A stretch of DNA of 64,000 bases from Candidatus Omnitrophota bacterium (GTDB lineage Bacteria > Omnitrophota > Omnitrophia > Omnitrophales > Aquincolibacteriaceae): contig JAKLFP010000006.1 in assembly GCA_022711115.1 (NCBI GenBank), forward strand, positions 86,214 through 150,213, read 5' to 3'. Under the pieces are notes generated by a model. It worked only from the letters and a program-made list of their open reading frames with translations. It was not told the DNA's origin and ran no database searches. This document shows, piece by piece, positions 61,081 to 64,000 of this stretch. The translations under genes were made by a program, and so were the position numbers. Each line of letters begins with the position of its first letter. Positions within the stretch are counted from its first letter, which is position 1.

Positions 61081-61395
61081 GAAATAGGTTGTCTTTCCTT
61101 ATTTCCGATCTGGATCTTTAGGTATGAGAAAACTCGCTGAAAGCGTAACATATTTTTTTATAATTTCAAGTTCTTGAAAAAGGATTTATTAATGCATGCA
61201 TTAAGATTTTAAATTTCGTTACTAATGACACTCCATTGCTATATACTGCTAGAATAAGAAAATTCATGGCAGGAGCTGTCTCTACTCCGTGTTGATTTTA
61301 GACACGATCTGGGCTATATATATTGTGCATTGCGCGAGAGTTCCAAGGTACACTGCAATAAAATTACGTAATGCTGTTTCCAAAATGAGGACACG
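61081..61395. promoter_or_regulatory. AT-rich divergent intergenic region between the giant ORF (minus) and its stand-alone TraB-like paralog (plus). Presumed bidirectional promoters.
   Basis: 315 bp, strongly AT-rich (tataatttcaagttcttgaaaaagg..., ctatatact...). Both flanking ORFs have SD-like sequences adjacent to their ATGs. Confidence 0.4.
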
Positions 61396-63573
61396 ATGCG
61401 TCATCCTATTTCCTATAAAAGCGCTAGTGTGGCATTGGCTGCTATTTCAATGTTCCTTTTTTACAACTGGACTGCCACGGCGGAAACAACTCCTTCGTTA
61501 CCTTTAGAAAATCTTGCAATCCCTGAGTCCTTAGGCAAGGTTCAGGAACGTTTCGTCGGTTCCGGAAACCGCATCATTATTCAGATTCAGGATGTCCATG
61601 CACACGCCGCCGCACAGGAAAACATCGCGGCCATTCTGGAGCATCTTCAAATTGTCGGCAGGATCGATAAAGTCGCCTTGGAGGGTGCCTGGATCACAAC
61701 TGATTTGCCGAAAAGCCACGCTTTACCGACTTCCAGAGAAAAACAACTTCTCGCCAGATCCCTGCTGAGCGATGATCTTATTTCAGGCCCTGTCTACGCC
61801 TCCCTGATTGCCCCCTCCCCCTTGATGCTGATGGGGATGGAAGATGCGGAGTTGTATGAAAAAAACCGCGATCTTTTCATTAAACATCTTGAAGCCGCAC
61901 CAGCCATTGATTCGAAAGTTCGTGCTTATGGAGAAAGATTGCAAAACCTGCAAAAACAAGCCTGGAACCAGGATCTTCTGACTTTTGGAATTGCTTTTTC
62001 AAAATTTGAAGAAGCGATGGATTATGGAAAATTTTTTCCTTTCTTAATAGAAATTTCAGGTTCTCACAACGTTGATTTTTCAGACCTCGCTCAGATTGTT
62101 TTAACACGGGACATTATGGCTTTCGAAAAATCCATCTCGAAAGAACGCCTCGAGAAAGAGGCCAAACAGCTTATGCGTCAATTCAAGGACACTCCCTGGA
62201 CGCTGGAAGAATTGATTCGAGGCAATAAAATCCCGTCCGAACAGCTGGGTTTTTATCCGGAAATAAAAAAACTCCTCCACTTATTCAAACTTAGAGATCG
62301 GGTTTCTCTAACCGAGCTCATGTCTCAGACGGAAACCCTCATCAGTCGTATCCTCAAAATGCTTATTCAGACACCGGAAGAAGAGGCTTTGTGGGGAAAA
62401 AGTGAAAGATTTTTCCTGGCGAAACGGATTCTTCTTCTCAAGGCAGCGCCAGATGACCTCAAAACTTATGAGGATGAAAAAGCGGCTCTGGAGGCGGATC
62501 TTCAAGAGGCCGGACTTTCCGAGGGATTAGATCTTTCCTTGAAATTTTATGAAGTTGTTAAAAAACGCGATGAAATCTTTTATGACAAGATCGTTAATGG
62601 CCCCGCGTTCGCGGGTCCCCTTGCCGTCGTCACGGGGGGATTTCATACGGATGGTCTCTCCAAAAAATTTCGCGCCGCAGGAATCTCATATATCACGATT
62701 GCTCCCGAACTCGGGAACACTTCTATGGATGAAAAGCTTTATGTTGAGAGAATGCGTTCTTCAAAACCAGCGCAATACCAGGATTTGCCGCCCTTGGCAG
62801 ATCCCGGTATTGCCGAGGGTAAAACGGAAACTCTCTCGGAGCTTCGCAATGCTATTGCTTGGATCGACGAAAGATTTTTCGAGGCTTATGAGGTCTTGAT
62901 GCAAACCAAGGATGTACGAAAAGCCGTTGCTGCTTTTTCCGGAACAACCGTCACTATTTCTAACGCGCAAAAGATATCGTATGCCTATTCTGCGGGCAAA
63001 GTTGTTTCGGCAAGAAAGACAGGGGGAACCACCATTCCGGCCATTCATGAAGCTGAATTCCTAGCCAGCACGCGACAGGAACAATTAGCCGTTGTGCAAG
63101 GATGGCTTGATAAAGCTCCCCGCGTCGATCAAAAGGCCATGCTGGTCTCTTCTGTCAGTGTTCTTAAAAAATTGCTTTCGGACGAAAAAGTTCCAGGGCT
63201 GATCGAAAAAATCACTAAAAACGGGGATTTGCTTGTACTCCTGCAGGATATTCCCTTAACCGAAGTGCCTGAATCTTTGATGACAGCACGAGGGATCGAT
63301 CGTTTTGATGCGCCGGATTTCCAGCACTTGCTCCAAAATATGCCGCGTTTTCAAAGGCTTGCTAAAAAATATCCTTTTGCAATCATGAAAGAGGGCTACC
63401 GAAGCCAGGCCTATGTGGTGCTTCCGGAAGATCCGGCCTCATTAATCCTTTACCGAATCGTCACCTTAAGCCCAAGCCTTTATCAGGCTGCCAAAAACCC
63501 TCGCTTTCTTAATCTTTTGAAGGAGCTTGTTGCAGAGATCTTGTCCGAAGAGCTTCCTAAAAAATCCGTTTAG
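61396..63573 (+). CDS. Stand-alone paralog of the giant-ORF head domain: secreted TraB/GumN/Tiki-like protein (725 aa) with a unique C-terminal ~230 aa. No junction motif.
   Basis: gagga SD 5 nt upstream. The hydrophobic N-terminus MRHPISYKSASVALAAISMFLFYNWTATA is followed by IIIQIQDVHAHAAAQENIAAILEHL, ALEGAW and LAVVTGGFHTDGL, aligning with module 1 of both giants. Ends with a normal stop. Confidence 0.8.
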   Translation: MRHPISYKSASVALAAISMFLFYNWTATAETTPSLPLENLAIPESLGKVQERFVGSGNRIIIQIQDVHAHAAAQENIAAILEHLQIVGRIDKVALEGAWITTDLPKSHALPTSREKQLLARSLLSDDLISGPVYASLIAPSPLMLMGMEDAELYEKNRDLFIKHLEAAPAIDSKVRAYGERLQNLQKQAWNQDLLTFGIAFSKFEEAMDYGKFFPFLIEISGSHNVDFSDLAQIVLTRDIMAFEKSISKERLEKEAKQLMRQFKDTPWTLEELIRGNKIPSEQLGFYPEIKKLLHLFKLRDRVSLTELMSQTETLISRILKMLIQTPEEEALWGKSERFFLAKRILLLKAAPDDLKTYEDEKAALEADLQEAGLSEGLDLSLKFYEVVKKRDEIFYDKIVNGPAFAGPLAVVTGGFHTDGLSKKFRAAGISYITIAPELGNTSMDEKLYVERMRSSKPAQYQDLPPLADPGIAEGKTETLSELRNAIAWIDERFFEAYEVLMQTKDVRKAVAAFSGTTVTISNAQKISYAYSAGKVVSARKTGGTTIPAIHEAEFLASTRQEQLAVVQGWLDKAPRVDQKAMLVSSVSVLKKLLSDEKVPGLIEKITKNGDLLVLLQDIPLTEVPESLMTARGIDRFDAPDFQHLLQNMPRFQRLAKKYPFAIMKEGYRSQAYVVLPEDPASLILYRIVTLSPSLYQAAKNPRFLNLLKELVAEILSEELPKKSV

Positions 63574-63893
63574 ACTTTTTCCGCCAGTTCTTTCCAGTTT
63601 GCAAGCGTCGTTTCAAAGCTTTGTTCGAGAATGTCTCTGACCTTCTGCTCGCCGAGAATCATACCTGCAATCCCCAGATCCCAGGCCACTTCAATGGCAA
63701 CCTGAACACCGTCTGAAACCGGCTGAAAGTCGTGCGTTCTTTTCATGACACCATTCATCGGAAGCTTGCTCTGAATGACCGCATGGCGCATCGGTTCCCA
63801 AACCATCATTTCATGCTCAGCTTCGATATGCTGCCGGCCAAGTTCACAGGATTCGCGCCAGCACAGGCCTTTCCCTTCCACGATCTCACCCAT
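63570..63893 (-). CDS. Hypothetical protein. The N-terminus may lie beyond the right edge of the window.
   Basis: 107-aa ORF with coding-like composition, convergent with and overlapping 4 nt of the 61396..63573 gene. No motif recognised. Confidence 0.35.
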   Translation of the reverse strand: MGEIVEGKGLCWRESCELGRQHIEAEHEMMVWEPMRHAVIQSKLPMNGVMKRTHDFQPVSDGVQVAIEVAWDLGIAGMILGEQKVRDILEQSFETTLANWKELAEKV

Positions 63894-64000
63894 CCGTTCG
63901 GTTTCCTTGACACCATCGATCCATTCGGGATACCGGCGGACATCGGCAAGCAGTCCCCAAACTTTGTCAAGAGACGCATTGATGAAAATTGATTTTTTAA

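Noticed and set aside
26794-59202. Interpreting the 15-nt junction as a DNA repeat element, recombination site or CRISPR-like repeat.
   Set aside because: Copies differ at every wobble position and even switch codon families (Arg CGN/AGR, Ser TCN/AGT). There is no conservation in the flanks. All copies are in frame and on one strand only. Conservation is therefore at the peptide level, not the DNA level.
26794-59202. Interpreting the junctions as hidden gene starts (position 4 = ATG/GTG/TTG) of an ordinary operon.
   Set aside because: There are no stop codons anywhere. 12 of 33 position-4 codons are not start codons (GTA, GTT, ATA, GCG, TTA). There is no Shine-Dalgarno upstream of the junctions. 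Several downstream modules begin with a signal peptide lacking any Met.
25993-61080. Plus-strand ORFs inside the giant gene, including 52528..53610 (360 aa), 60136..61140 (334 aa), 49759..50529 (256 aa), 45356..46045 (229 aa) and 46333..46914.
   Set aside because: They lie antisense to a strongly coding frame, are low-complexity (R/S/F/L/H-rich), and carry no recognisable motifs or RBS. They are typical shadow ORFs of a long open frame on the opposite strand.
1-64000. Alternative genetic code (stop-codon reassignment) explaining the long ORF.
   Set aside because: The ORF is open in the standard code, and all flanking housekeeping genes terminate normally at standard stops. No reassignment is needed or indicated.

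Overview
The window is a bacterial chromosomal segment of moderate GC with no tRNA, rRNA or CRISPR recognised. Positions ~7.4-25.9 kb hold ordinary housekeeping genes, mostly on the minus strand. These are a Fe/Mn superoxide dismutase, two tandem DHFR paralogs with thyA, a GldA/F/G-like ABC transporter with a DUF4340-like gene, ggt, a split transketolase, an M24 Xaa-Pro peptidase, GIY-YIG, an azoreductase-like flavoprotein and an MqnA/D-like gene. The rest of the window is dominated by two giant minus-strand ORFs. One is 35,088 nt / 11,695 aa (25993..61080). The other starts at 6942 and runs off the left edge, with at least 2,313 codons inside the window. Both giants begin with a signal peptide followed by a domain I read as TraB/GumN/Tiki-like. 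After that they consist of gene-sized modules, each a complete unrelated protein. Recognisable modules include Glu dehydrogenase, malic enzyme, a UDP-sugar pyrophosphorylase plus GalE epimerase, IMPase, CN-hydrolase, a SAM methyltransferase, ACP, MraZ, alpha-glucan phosphorylase and several paralogous secreted proteins with their own signal peptides. The modules are fused in frame with no stop codons. Each junction is marked by a pentapeptide R-S-E-[V/M/L/I/A]-R. I mapped 33 canonical and 4 degenerate copies in the large ORF and 3 in the truncated one. The motif is conserved at the amino-acid level, while every codon position varies synonymously. A third, ordinary-sized paralog of the N-terminal domain (61396..63573, plus strand) is divergently transcribed from the large ORF. 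The best-supported reading is a candidate bacterial polyprotein processed at the R-S-E-h-R site, possibly by the TraB/Tiki-like head domain. The alternatives are a stop-less gene array of unknown decoding, or a chimeric or synthetic artefact. These cannot be separated from sequence alone.
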